The translations under genes and the position numbers were made by a program. DNA of 63,603 nucleotides, the filler included, from Globobulimina sp. (Eukaryota), in the NCBI GenBank assembly GCA_003354225.1. It is 47 parts of 47 records of this genome, joined end to end, with 100 filler letters (N's around TTAATTAATTAA, not from the genome) between each part and the next. Parts side by side here need not be neighbours in the genome. Positions count along the whole stretch, not along the records: positions 1 to 1,256 come from PIVH01019984.1; positions 1,357 to 2,612 come from PIVH01019985.1; positions 2,713 to 3,968 come from PIVH01019986.1; positions 4,069 to 5,324 come from PIVH01019987.1; positions 5,425 to 6,680 come from PIVH01019988.1; positions 6,781 to 8,036 come from PIVH01019989.1; positions 8,137 to 9,392 come from PIVH01019990.1; positions 9,493 to 10,748 come from PIVH01019991.1; 39 more parts are not named here. One strand, 5' to 3'. Positions 1-10,848 of this stretch are shown here, piece by piece (within the stretch, counting starts at the first letter, position 1; each line of letters begins with the position of its first letter). The notes below the pieces were generated by a model. That model made no database searches, had not been told where the DNA came from, and was given only the letters and a program-made list of their open reading frames with translations.

Positions 1-1239
1 TTTTTCAACCTATTTTTCTTCTCTTTCTTGCTCAATTTCAACTCATTGTACTTCTCCATAGTGATCGCTTCCTGTTTCTCCGCGACCACAATGTCCTTCA
101 TACGCCATTCCCGCACAGGGTACAAAAAGTACGCATAATATATCAATATTTTAATCAACAGCAATGAACGGAAGGGGTCCCTCATATTTTGCATATACTG
201 CTTGCTCTCGAAACACATAGAAAACAAACGGGACAACACATGACAGCTCATTCTATTCACACCGTGGTTCAGACTCACTTGTTTGCATAAATGCAATATG
301 AGACTGATTATACCATATCGATGTTGGTATTTTGTGCCAAATGCATCCAAATACATGTCATTTATCACTGCTTTCAATTGCAATAAATTGTCGTATGATA
401 ACGCTGCGACATCGTTATCCAAATCAGCATCGCGCATAGTTTTAGCTGTATTGTTATCAATTAATGTGATGTCATATGTTTTGATTTCATCCAACAAATC
501 TTCGAAATTGTGGTCCCCGAAGATGGAGCATGGCAAATTGCAGAGGAGATATTGCAACGATTTTGCTAAGAGATCTATGTCATTGTATTTCGTTTTTAAG
601 TCTTGCAAAGTGACCAGTTCGTATAACAAATCGTTGCATAATTCATGCTTTACACGAACGACCGATGATTCTTTCCTGAAAATGCCTTTTTTTGTGTGTT
701 TGGAGCTCGTTTTTGGTGGGTTTTGTATGTGTTTTCTGTGTGTTTGTCGTAGATTGTATACCTTGAGTGGTTAACAAATCAGAATGATCGTATAAAGCAT
801 TTAATATATTCCACAATGCATATGAGAAGTTGCTGGGGATAGCCACATAAATACGGTTTTGTTTCCGGTTGACACCCCATGCCGTCAGCACTTTGAGCCA
901 GGAACACATGATGTCTTGGCCTGGTTTTTGGTTCGAATGGAAGCGTAATAATAAGCCGCCAGTTGCGCTGTCATCGTACTTGGTTTTGTCTTTGTTGTTG
1001 CCGATTTTAGGGTGTTTTATATGGAGGTAATTCGGTTTGGGATTTGCTTTCGGATAAAAGGATGCAGAGGCCATATGTGCCAAATCTATGTCTATTTTTA
1101 CTTTGGAAGTGATGCAATCAGTCCATTCTGTACATGAGGAGTTGTAATATATTAATCGACGGTCGCGTATTCTCCAACAGCGTACTTTCCACGATTTAAA
1201 CTTGCCTTGAGCTGCCTTCTTCTCTACTTTGGCTTCCAT
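1..1239 (-). CDS. PH domain + RhoGAP domain protein (3' partial), one intron 686-761
   Basis: N-terminal KKAAQGKFKSWKVRCWRIRDRRLIYY is PH-like. Removing the 76-nt GT..AG intron gives QGIFRKES (arginine finger), then DLLAKSLQYLLCNLP and NRMSCHVLSRLF, open to the contig end. Confidence 0.85.
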
Positions 1240-1256
1240 GATTAAAATGAAAAGTT

Positions 1257-1356
1257 NNNNNNNNNNNNNNNNNNNNNNNNNNNNNNNNNNNNNNNNNNNN
1301 TTAATTAATTAANNNNNNNNNNNNNNNNNNNNNNNNNNNNNNNNNNNNNNNNNNNN
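1257..1356. other. Artificial contig spacer (44 N + TTAATTAATTAA + 44 N); first of 46, recurring every 1,354-1,356 bp
   Basis: Identical spacer with stops in all six frames; contig lengths fall from 1256 to 1255 to 1254 along the window, i.e. a length-sorted concatenation. Confidence 0.99.
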
Positions 1357-1611
1357 AGGATGAACCTGATCCCTATGATTCCGCCCGCCGGCCGCCGCAC
1401 CGCGGCGTCGTTCTTGTGCACAGTTGTCATCGGGGCGATTGCTGAGCCGGGCAGGAAGGATGCTTCCTTGATCGGCCCAAACTCAATGGTTGTGCGCAGC
1501 CCGAGCGCGGCGTGGGTCGGCCGGTCGAGCACCCGCAGGGCCTGCTGCCCTTTCGGTGAATTCAGCGCCTGGCACACCGCGTCGGCCTGCTGGAGGAGGT
1601 TCTTGAACGCA

Positions 1612-1877
1612 GATGTTCTTGGTGTGTTAATATGAATTGATTGATTCTCAAGTAATATCATTGCAATTTTTTGTTGTTCAAACGTTAATGCACAAATTAA
1701 TGGCGTTGCCTTATATAAGTCTGAATATTCATTAATATCAATTGATTTTTGTTCAAGTAATGTTTTTACAAATTTATTATTTCCGTGTTTACAATGATAG
1801 TGTAAATTATTTGTATCCTCAATTTGTTGCTGTGTGGTTGAATACGCATTTTTTGGTTCAATTAGCACCGTTTTCAT
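1612..1877 (-). CDS. Ankyrin-repeat protein fragment, joined to foreign GC-rich sequence
   Basis: LHYHCKHGNNKFVKTLL and ATPLICALTFEQQKIAMILL ankyrin motifs; abrupt switch to GC-rich DNA below about 1612. Confidence 0.7.
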
Positions 1878-2140
1878 CCAATTATCAATTGTTATTTTTT
1901 CTTTTTCTACACTATGTTTATTGTTTTTAATTACTTTTACTTCTCTTTCAAGTGTTAATGTGCCAAGTTCGGTTTTATAATTTAATTTTGTTATTTTAAA
2001 AACTTTCCATTTTTGTTGCAGATCATAATAATCGACTTCATCTCCAATTTGCAGTGTACTCTTCCATTCACCTTTATAGAATTTCGTAAAATCATCTTTG
2101 TTCGGTATTTTCTCTAAATATTGATTGTGATAGATCTATC

Positions 2141-2612
2141 AAATTAGACATCATACAAGTTACAAAACTGGCGTTGGAGTTTCCCATGTTAAACACATAA
2201 GGTTTTTCGATCTAGAAAGGAGAACAATTTTCATCTTAGGTTTTTAATATAAATTCATTTTAGTTAGTTGACCAGTTGAGTAGAGATGGCACCCAATGTT
2301 TCCTAACTGTAAAACACCTGTGCAGACGACGACCCTCCGAGGAACTAAAACTAAGTCCTCAGCGAGTTTAAACACAGCGCCCGATCCAATTAAAGATGCA
2401 TATAAACTAAAATCACAAATCGATGCAGTGCAGAAAAGCCAACAATCCGTTAAAGCATCAGGAATAATCCAAATAAAAACAAAATTATTAACAAAAGCAT
2501 GGAAATGGATTTAATTTTATGAGAGAGTATACCTTTTCTAGGTCGAAAAACCTTATGTGTATAACATGGGAAACTCCAACGCCAGTTTTGTCACTTGTAT
2601 GATGTCTAATTT
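2141..2612. mobile_element. MITE-like element with 78-bp inverted repeats
   Basis: 2141-2218 is the reverse complement of 2535-2612 with 3 mismatches; no transposase between them; right end cut by the contig end. Confidence 0.75.
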
Positions 2613-2712
2613 NNNNNNNNNNNNNNNNNNNNNNNNNNNNNNNNNNNNNNNNNNNNTTAATTAATTAANNNNNNNNNNNNNNNNNNNNNNNNNNNNNNNN
2701 NNNNNNNNNNNN

Positions 2713-3505
2713 AGAATGGATAAATTGTAAACATTTCCTTTTTGAAACATTTATTTAAAATGAAATGTGAAGCCAATAGCATAAAATAACTAAATTCATT
2801 GCCTTGCGCAGAAAAGCCTAATTTTGCAATTTCCCACGGAAGTCTTCCTAAACCACAGCCGGGATTTAATATTTTTATATTTGGCCGCTGCGATCTGTTT
2901 GGAAATAGCTGAGTTAATTTATTTAATATTGGCGAGTAACAATTTTTTCGTTCTTGGCTGCCCAGACAACTCCAATCGCGCGCAATTTGCCTCAATGTGG
3001 AACGTACTTTGTCCATATTTAAGCTGCTTGGCGTTTCGTCCACATTTAGTTTGATAAACGAAGGGTTCATGTTATTATTGGTATTGCCGGAGGTAAAGGC
3101 ACTGCATTGCTGCGTTATTAATGTCAGAAATGATTGGTTTTGGATTATGGCTTGACGGATTTTCGCAAATTTAACGGGCATAAATGGTGTTATCTTTTTA
3201 TAGCCAATATTTAACATATTATAATCATAATTTTTTGATTGAAAACGTAAAAATTGCCAAGTTGCATAATACTCAAAGGAGTGTACAATGGAATAAAAAT
3301 GTTGTAACTCTAAACGTTTATTTTGATGTTCTTTATCTTCCAGTTGTTTATTGGTGGGATTTATTAAAAGTGGTTCTTCGCTCATACAAAATGGATTATT
3401 CCATGGGTTTTGATTTGGATTTGGATTTACATTTACATCCGGTTTATCATGATGACATGTCGTATGGTCGTGAACGTGACTATGTTCCGCTGATTGTGCC
3501 ATCAT
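2713..3505 (-). CDS. CARNMT1: Carnosine N-methyltransferase-like (N2227 family), 3' partial
   Basis: MDKVRSTLRQIARDWS, PGCGLGRLPWEIA and QGNEFSYFMLLASHFILN family motifs. Confidence 0.92.
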
Positions 3506-3857
3506 TACTTTACTATAGTAAATGCTTGAATGTTTTCAGAAACATGAGCACTCTGAAAAAAATGTAGAATTTAAGAAACGTTTCTCAGAAACAACAAATA
3601 TGTGATGTTTCCTAGTTTTAATATCCTTGCACTTAGATACAAGTATAACTATATACTAATATTTTATCAAAAAAAACGCCTATAAAACGTTTTATTTTTA
3701 ACGAACCTAAGCCTCCAATACTAACACGGACCCCACCCCACCCACATTCAAAATATCCCATCCAACGCATTTCAATGACATCAATGCGTGCGACCATTTT
3801 AGGAAAATCCGTATAATTTTTGTACGTATAAAATTGAGAAAAGTCTGAATTGTATAT

Positions 3858-3926
3858 AATTTTGCAATTGACTATGCCCAACTAAGTGATTTTCGAGACC
3901 GTTACATTTCATGTCTCCAATGTCTA
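3858..3926. repeat. Dispersed repeat copy (reverse-strand homologue of 5479-5549)
   Basis: GACTATGCCCAACTAAGT..GAGACCGTTACATTT..GTCT..ATGTCTA aligns with the reverse complement of 5479-5549 on another contig. Confidence 0.75.
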
Positions 3927-4068
3927 CACTTGTCTTTTAGATTGGCGATCATAAATATGATTTTTAAGNNNNNNNNNNNNNNNNNNNNNNNNNNNNNNNN
4001 NNNNNNNNNNNNTTAATTAATTAANNNNNNNNNNNNNNNNNNNNNNNNNNNNNNNNNNNNNNNNNNNN

Positions 4069-4122
4069 GCCTATTTGTTTTTTCAGAGAAAAACATGGTG
4101 TACCCAAAAATGTTTTGATACG
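4069..4122. repeat. Dispersed repeat copy (deleted version of the reverse complement of 5712-5799)
   Basis: CTATTTGTTTTTTCAGAGAAAAACA and TGGTGTACCCAAAAATGTTTTGATACG both match the next contig in reverse orientation. Confidence 0.8.
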
Positions 4123-5711
4123 GAAAGAATTTTTTTGTACTTTCAATCTGCAGTGTCAGAATTCATCCTTGCTTACCAATGTCAGAAATAACTGACTATT
4201 CGCAAACAATTCATCACTAAATATTAGTTAGACACGTTCGCGAATCGCAATGTGCCATAGCCACAAAATTGTATTCCATTCGACATATAAACAGTCCATG
4301 CAAAAAAATCTGTATTGTATGATTTAATGGATGAGGATATTGGATCGTTGACGATACCCATCATGATTCCCGAATAATTTGTATTATAATTCAGGATATT
4401 CTGATTGTCAGATATTTCAGATATTAATATTCAAATATGGAGCAGCGTTCTTGTCGTAAATCTTTGCAGCGGCGTCAATGTTTATGTAATTATTACGTTT
4501 GCACGTGAAATAAAAAAACAGCATCCAGCTTTATATGCACATCAAGCTGTTATTGGTTTTAATTTATGTCTGATACAATTTATCCTTCATTATTATGGGA
4601 GCATTTAGAATCTGATATTCATTATTATGATCAGATAAGTCAGTTGCTCGGTGTCAGTTGCTCTAATACAGTGTTTTTAATATTTGTTTCTAGTGTTTCT
4701 GTAAATTTGTATCATTTTCTTTTATCCTGCAAGGTTCCAGGTTTTTTTGTTTCACTAAAGCCAAAAACATTTTCAACTTCAAAGGTGGTTACAATGAGTA
4801 CGTGGTCTGAGCGATTTGGATCATGGAGGGAATGGAAGATATTCCATTTAGTGTGTTTTAATTCATCATAGATTAGTGTTAAATCAATGGAGGATTTTGT
4901 TTGCTATGATTTATGGATATGAGCGTATGATGGATTAGTTATATTAAGGATTTGCATTTTTAGGAATTCAATTCCATCCACAAAGTTGTCGGACTGTGCC
5001 GTGTAGCAATGAAATTTTTATCGACAGTCAAGGGATAATTAAATATTTTGGTCGCCAATGACTCGCCATCGACGGTATTAATTGATATATGACCAATCTA
5101 TGGATTGAATGGTTGGTATTTGCATGCTTAAAAATTATATTTATCCCTGCGCATAATCTGAGTTTTTTACATTAATCAAATCCATGAATTTACTTACCGG
5201 TGAATATATATTCAATGAGCAAAACCTGTGCAAAATGCACAAAAAAGATTGTTAAATGTACATTAGCAATTGTTTATAAAACCATTGCTGATGCAGATAG
5301 AAAAAATTACACCAATTTACAGAANNNNNNNNNNNNNNNNNNNNNNNNNNNNNNNNNNNNNNNNNNNNTTAATTAATTAANNNNNNNNNNNNNNNNNNNN
5401 NNNNNNNNNNNNNNNNNNNNNNNNAGGCAATAGAGTGAGGACTATTTATTAATCCACGCTGCTGGCAAGCAATCCTCTTAGACATAAGTAGACTTTAAAT
5501 GTAACGGTCTCAAAAAAAACTTAGTTGGCCATAGTCTAATGACAAAATTGAAACAAAACAAAAACATTCCAAAATGTCCATAAATTGCATACAGATTTTA
5601 TAAGAAAATAGGACATAATATTACAGATCTCCACAAGTTGGCGATGTGTTTAGTTTCTCTATTTGAGAACATGTCTACTACCATTTGATAGCCCATTGAT
5701 AAAAACTATAT

Positions 5712-5931
5712 CGTATCAAAACATTTTTGGGTACACCATGTTTTGCCTATCAAAAAAACAATATGCACTTCCATTGTTTTTCTCTGAAAAAACAAATAGA
5801 CAAACAGTATATTTTAGTATTTTATCAGAAGTCAATAAAATCGTCGCTGTGAAAGTGTTTCTAAAAATAAAGTTTTTGAGTGGGGGCGCGTTTTAGGCAA
5901 AACATGGGGTACCCAAAAAAATTTTGATACG
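5712..5931. mobile_element. MITE-like element with 38-bp inverted repeats
   Basis: 5712-5749 vs 5894-5931 match at 35/38 as reverse complements; related copy at 4069-4122. Confidence 0.75.
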
Positions 5932-6390
5932 TTCTGCGAGACAGCGAGAGGAAAACTATTATTTAAAATTTGACACAACACAATCCAAACTCGCTGACAA
6001 TAGAAAAAAAAAACGTACACATAAAAAAATACATTGCCTTGAACTATATTAAAATGAAAAATAAATCACAAAGCACGCATTATTAAATCACTATTTATCT
6101 TTGATAAAAAGCAAATTTTGCGATATAACCATGAATGTCCATGATACAAAATAGGATGAGGCAAACATTCACCACACTCATACAGAACATTCCACAGTAA
6201 ACCAGACGTCTAAACTTTCACATTGGCATTTGAACCCATGTAGTACGGTTTACACCGACATTTTGTATCTCCATTTCCCAACAAAAATAAAAATACAATT
6301 ACAAGAGTTGTTGAATGAACTCATGTTGTCTGGTATACCGTGGAAACTTCTGTATATTATTAATCATGTGTTATTAATATATTATTAAAA

Positions 6391-6678
6391 TTAATCCTTT
6401 TGATAATAATTGATACAAAAATCAATTACCTCCAATGGAATATTGATATTAAACCGCAATGCAGTTCCTCGCATATATCCATATATAATCAACTTATATT
6501 TTACCATTTTTATGCTCTTCATACTATCATCAATGCCGGCCGCCGTATTTGAACCAGTAAGATGCGATGCAGCATAATTATCAGTTGTGACAGTCGTACA
6601 CGTCGAACGAGTCGAACTATTAATACTTGATATAGTATTGGTAGAATGTCGACTTTTCTTAAATCTTTGATGCGTTGC
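6391..6678 (-). CDS. 3' end of an unknown protein ending in KLIIYGYMRGTALRFNINIPLEVIDFCINYY
   Basis: Open frame from the contig edge to TAA at 6391-6393; similar motif in the ORF at 23263-24096. Confidence 0.6.
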   Translation of the reverse strand, partial: ATHQRFKKSRHSTNTISSINSSTRSTCTTVTTDNYAASHLTGSNTAAGIDDSMKSIKMVKYKLIIYGYMRGTALRFNINIPLEVIDFCINYYQKD

Positions 6679-6780
6679 CANNNNNNNNNNNNNNNNNNNN
6701 NNNNNNNNNNNNNNNNNNNNNNNNTTAATTAATTAANNNNNNNNNNNNNNNNNNNNNNNNNNNNNNNNNNNNNNNNNNNN

Positions 6781-7066
6781 GCAATTACAAACCGGTTGGA
6801 TGCGGCGGGAATGGATTGTTGTTATTATTATTATTGTATGTATGTATTGTGAGTGTTGATGAGTCGTTGTTGTTATTGTTGTTATTGTCGGTTTGTTGTG
6901 AATGGGAATGAATTGCATTTGAGAATGGATTTGCATTTATGGACGGATGCGATTGTTTCGATTCGATTGACATTTTTTGGTTTGTGTCGTATGCGTGGTT
7001 TAATTTAGAGGATGACATTAAAAATAATGTTGGTTGACTTCGAAATTGACGAAATGTTAAACTCAT
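6781..7066 (-). CDS. N-terminus of an Asn-rich unknown protein, divergent from COMMD3
   Basis: ATG-initiated ORF with AAT/AAC runs running to the contig edge. Confidence 0.4.
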
Positions 7067-7231
7067 TGATTGATTATATCAAATATTGAGGCAAAAATCA
7101 ATATTTAATTGATTTTGTATATATTTTACTGTATTTGTATATGTGTGGGTGTGACGGTGCAATGATGACCAAGAAAGATGTGAATTTGTTTTTTTTAACC
7201 ACTCAAAAACTCGTATTGCTTGTGGGCAATA

Positions 7232-7852
7232 ATGGAACTCCCAGAACAAGATTTCAGTGATATGAATAACGTGGATTTAAAGATATTTACCAAATTATTA
7301 CGCGTTGTGTGTCAATCGTTGCTAGCAACGGCGTGTGGAGTACCAGACGAACATTTGAATGATTTACAAAGTGAATTTTCAACGTATGATTTAAAGAAAA
7401 TGAGTGGACAGCTATTTAGTTTTATATCTGAAGTATGTCGCAGCGATGCAACAAAGCAAACCATGTCGACGACATTGGACGATTATCAGTTGGATGAGCC
7501 CCGACGGGATAAGATAGCCTCCGCCATATCTCATTATAAACTAAAAATACGCGATAAATTGGCACAAACAAGTGTGCCTATATCGCAATTGAGTGGTATT
7601 GAATGGAGGCTATGTCAAGATATTAAACAAAAGCAAATGTCAAGGATTAATAAACCATCATATCTCATTAAATTTAAATTTAATGTATGTCTATGTGTTG
7701 TATATACAGTCAATATAGTTATATATATATATATTTGTTATATTATATAGGATGGAGAGAAAGTATTTGAATGCGGATATGAACAGTTACAAGATTTGCT
7801 TGCTAGATTGAAGGTTGCCAGGAATTCAGCGCTTAGACTGTTAACACAATGA
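7232..7852 (+). CDS. COMMD3: COMM domain protein 3, exons 7232-7684 and 7751-7852
   Basis: LSGIEWRLCQDIKQKQMSRINKPSYLI; splicing the 66-nt GT..AG intron adds VFECGYEQLQDLLARLK, matching the COMMD3-type C-terminus. Confidence 0.8.
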
Positions 7853-8498
7853 TTTTGTAATTAATTTTGTAATTATTTACTCAAATGGCAATGTGCAAGG
7901 ATATAAAAATTGAAAACAGCTTAAATAAATCTTGGTTAATCCGAGACAAAAAAATAAGAAAACACAGCAACATGTTTCTGTAATTACAGCATATACAAAG
8001 GATACAAAACAAGAATATTATCGGTGAACGGATATTNNNNNNNNNNNNNNNNNNNNNNNNNNNNNNNNNNNNNNNNNNNNTTAATTAATTAANNNNNNNN
8101 NNNNNNNNNNNNNNNNNNNNNNNNNNNNNNNNNNNNTTTCCTTCAAAACACTAAGAAATCAATTTTCCTCTGTCCGTTAACCTTTAATAAGACTGACTTT
8201 TGTCATATGAGAGGACACAGACTGGTGTTGTAAAGAGCGACACGTTAACACGTTGATTCTTAAAGTTTAGAAGAAAAAAAAAAAAAAGAAAAAAAAAGTT
8301 TCTTTCATTACTGGGCAATACTAGTACGTAGTGATAATATTGATCAAAACTAAAAATTTCAAACCTAAAAATACAGACAGTCAAACACACCACAGACAAA
8401 CAGGCAGTCAAACAAGATTTTGAGAGAAATTAAAAAATAATATAAGATATAAAACGATGACGAGGCTGGATCGAAAATAATTATAATGTATAATATTT

Positions 8499-9392
8499 TT
8501 AATACTTTATCTCTTGATAATATTGCTGCAGCCATGTCCCTAATACCTTATACTGCGATTTCTGTAACACCCCGTTGCGTTCCAACTTATTCTCCAACAT
8601 CCAATTCACCGCCGGCACCAACTTTTTCTTCAATTTCTTTTTATCGATCTGTACCACTGCTCTCTCCTCGGTCTTTTCTTTGTATTTCAAAAACAAAACA
8701 CAGGCAAACAACAAAACATGTATACACTGCGATGCTTTGATCACGTCATCGTGCCCAAGCATCTGCTTCCTTTTATTACTTCGTTTCAAATGTTGCATCA
8801 ATCTCTGCGAAGTTTTCTCATTCACTTTGTCAATAATAAACCCTCCAAATTCGAACTCATTCACATCATACGGATCATAAGCATCATTTACCTCCTTTTC
8901 ATCCTGTAATTCCATCATTTTTTGTAACCGCACCTCATTCTCTACGACTTCAGGCGAAGAAACCACAATTTTTACGTCTCCGATTTGCCGGTTTGGACTC
9001 GTTGCATATCTCTGAATGGTCGGTTTATTGACTTTAGTACTTTTCAATACCACAGCACCATTTTTATTGACTGGATAATCAGACTCCGTTTGCGATTCAT
9101 AATCGTCAAAATCTGTCTCAATGTCATCATTCGCGTATTGCTCTGATAAATTGGCAATGCGTAATAACGAAGTTCGGAAACTGCCTTTCAATGTACTTTC
9201 AATCCATTGTTTAAGGGTTTTGCCTTCGCCATATTCTGCAAAATATTGCACAATGTCTCCCAAATCCTTCTCCGCGCGACCCACTAAAATACGAATTAAA
9301 ATGTGTTCCGAAGTGGTTATTCCTTTCATGGATTCCCGTAGTTTGCCAGCAAAAAAATCAAAGCGATTATTGGCGATTTTAATAATATTTTC
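8499..9392 (-). CDS. Annexin (last repeat) with a long C-terminal extension, 5' partial
   Basis: LRESMKGITTSEHILIRILVGRAEKDL..YGEGKTLKQWIESTLKGSFRTSLL fits the annexin repeat consensus. Confidence 0.8.
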   Translation of the reverse strand, partial: ENIIKIANNRFDFFAGKLRESMKGITTSEHILIRILVGRAEKDLGDIVQYFAEYGEGKTLKQWIESTLKGSFRTSLLRIANLSEQYANDDIETDFDDYESQTESDYPVNKNGAVVLKSTKVNKPTIQRYATSPNRQIGDVKIVVSSPEVVENEVRLQKMMELQDEKEVNDAYDPYDVNEFEFGGFIIDKVNEKTSQRLMQHLKRSNKRKQMLGHDDVIKASQCIHVLLFACVLFLKYKEKTEERAVVQIDKKKLKKKLVPAVNWMLENKLERNGVLQKSQYKVLGTWLQQYYQEIKY

Positions 9393-9591
9393 NNNNNNNN
9401 NNNNNNNNNNNNNNNNNNNNNNNNNNNNNNNNNNNNTTAATTAATTAANNNNNNNNNNNNNNNNNNNNNNNNNNNNNNNNNNNNNNNNNNNNTTGAGCAA
9501 AAAACGTGTGTTCGAGTTTCTGTTTTTTTGTTTGGCAGTGAATATTAAATGAATGACAGGTTTTTTTTTTTGAAGATGACAGCTAGAAAAA

Positions 9592-10449
9592 ATGCTCAAA
9601 CGTTTCTTTCTTAACTTGCCAAGTAATGTCAGAAGACACAGCTCATATAATATAGAATTAATAGCAGAAGAAAAGGTAATATTAGCTACTATTAATTCGA
9701 ATGTTGCTAATTATTTAAATTACCAATCACTACAAGATTGGAATAACTTATTGGATGAAATTGAAAATGTTTCAAACAAATCATTGTATAGCAAAAAACC
9801 TATCATCTTTACATCACCAAATGAGAGCAAATACTTTGGATCTGGCATGGATTTGAAATCAACCGCAACTGTCATAGATATGGAATCAAACAAGGAATTG
9901 TTTGGGAAATTTGAAGAAACTGTCAAAAGATTAATGACATTGCAACATAGAACAATAGCTAAGATACATGGATTTGCCATAGCGGGCGGATTTATATTTG
10001 GCCTGTCATGTGATGTAAGATGTGGTTTAGTATCGAATCAAATTTTAATGGGAATTAATGGAATCGAAGTTGGATTATGTTATCCATCAATAACGTATTT
10101 GTTACTTTTGCAGAGAATGCCGCATTTTACATCTAAATTATTAATAGCACAAACAAATAAATTGTTTGATACGGAGACAGCATTCAATTATGGATATTTG
10201 ACAGATTTTGCAAAAGATAAAGATGAACTCATGAAGTTGTGTGTTACTGAAGCATTGCGGATAGACGAAGACAGTATGAATGCTTATTTGTCTGTAAAAA
10301 ATTATTTATTTCAGAAACAAATCGAAATCAAATGGGAAAATGAAAGAGAAGAGGTGATGAGAGAATTTCTTAGGGTTAGAAAATCAAAACAAACACAAAG
10401 ACGGTTGCAACATATGGTTGATAAATTGAATAAAAAAAAGAATGTTTAG
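9592..10449 (+). CDS. Enoyl-CoA hydratase/isomerase (crotonase superfamily), probably mitochondrial
   Basis: YFGSGMDL and TIAKIHGFAIAGGFIFGLSCD oxyanion-hole motifs, GINGIEVGL; Arg-rich acid-free N-terminus. Confidence 0.9.
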   Translation: MLKRFFLNLPSNVRRHSSYNIELIAEEKVILATINSNVANYLNYQSLQDWNNLLDEIENVSNKSLYSKKPIIFTSPNESKYFGSGMDLKSTATVIDMESNKELFGKFEETVKRLMTLQHRTIAKIHGFAIAGGFIFGLSCDVRCGLVSNQILMGINGIEVGLCYPSITYLLLLQRMPHFTSKLLIAQTNKLFDTETAFNYGYLTDFAKDKDELMKLCVTEALRIDEDSMNAYLSVKNYLFQKQIEIKWENEREEVMREFLRVRKSKQTQRRLQHMVDKLNKKKNV

Positions 10450-10475
10450 ACTTAACAAATCATAAATTATTTTTT

Positions 10476-10748
10476 TTACGATGGTGCAGAGGTAAGTTCA
10501 ATAAATAAAATGCCAAAAGTGAACAAAGCAGACAAGAATGTGGCAATAACACCAAAATTCAATGTGAATATGCCGCCAACACTAATTCCATCAATAGAGT
10601 TCATTGAAGAAACTAATAATAATAACAAATTGATGCTTAGCTGTTGATTTGTATCATTATTATTATTATTATTATTATTGTTATTATTGTTATTAGTATT
10701 ATTGTTGGTAGCTGCTTTCAAAAAACTTCGATTGCTGCTACTTAATGG
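10476..10748 (-). CDS. C-terminus of a membrane protein, possibly gustatory-receptor-like (7TM ion channel)
   Basis: Poly-Asn loop followed by LSINLLLLLVSS..GISVGGIFTLNFGVIATFLSALFTFGILFIEL and a stop. Confidence 0.4.
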   Translation of the reverse strand, partial: PLSSSNRSFLKAATNNNTNNNNNNNNNNNNNDTNQQLSINLLLLLVSSMNSIDGISVGGIFTLNFGVIATFLSALFTFGILFIELTSAPS

Positions 10749-10848
10749 NNNNNNNNNNNNNNNNNNNNNNNNNNNNNNNNNNNNNNNNNNNNTTAATTAA
10801 TTAANNNNNNNNNNNNNNNNNNNNNNNNNNNNNNNNNNNNNNNNNNNN

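Noticed and set aside
283-774. 163-aa plus-strand ORF
   Set aside because: Antisense shadow of the RhoGAP exon.
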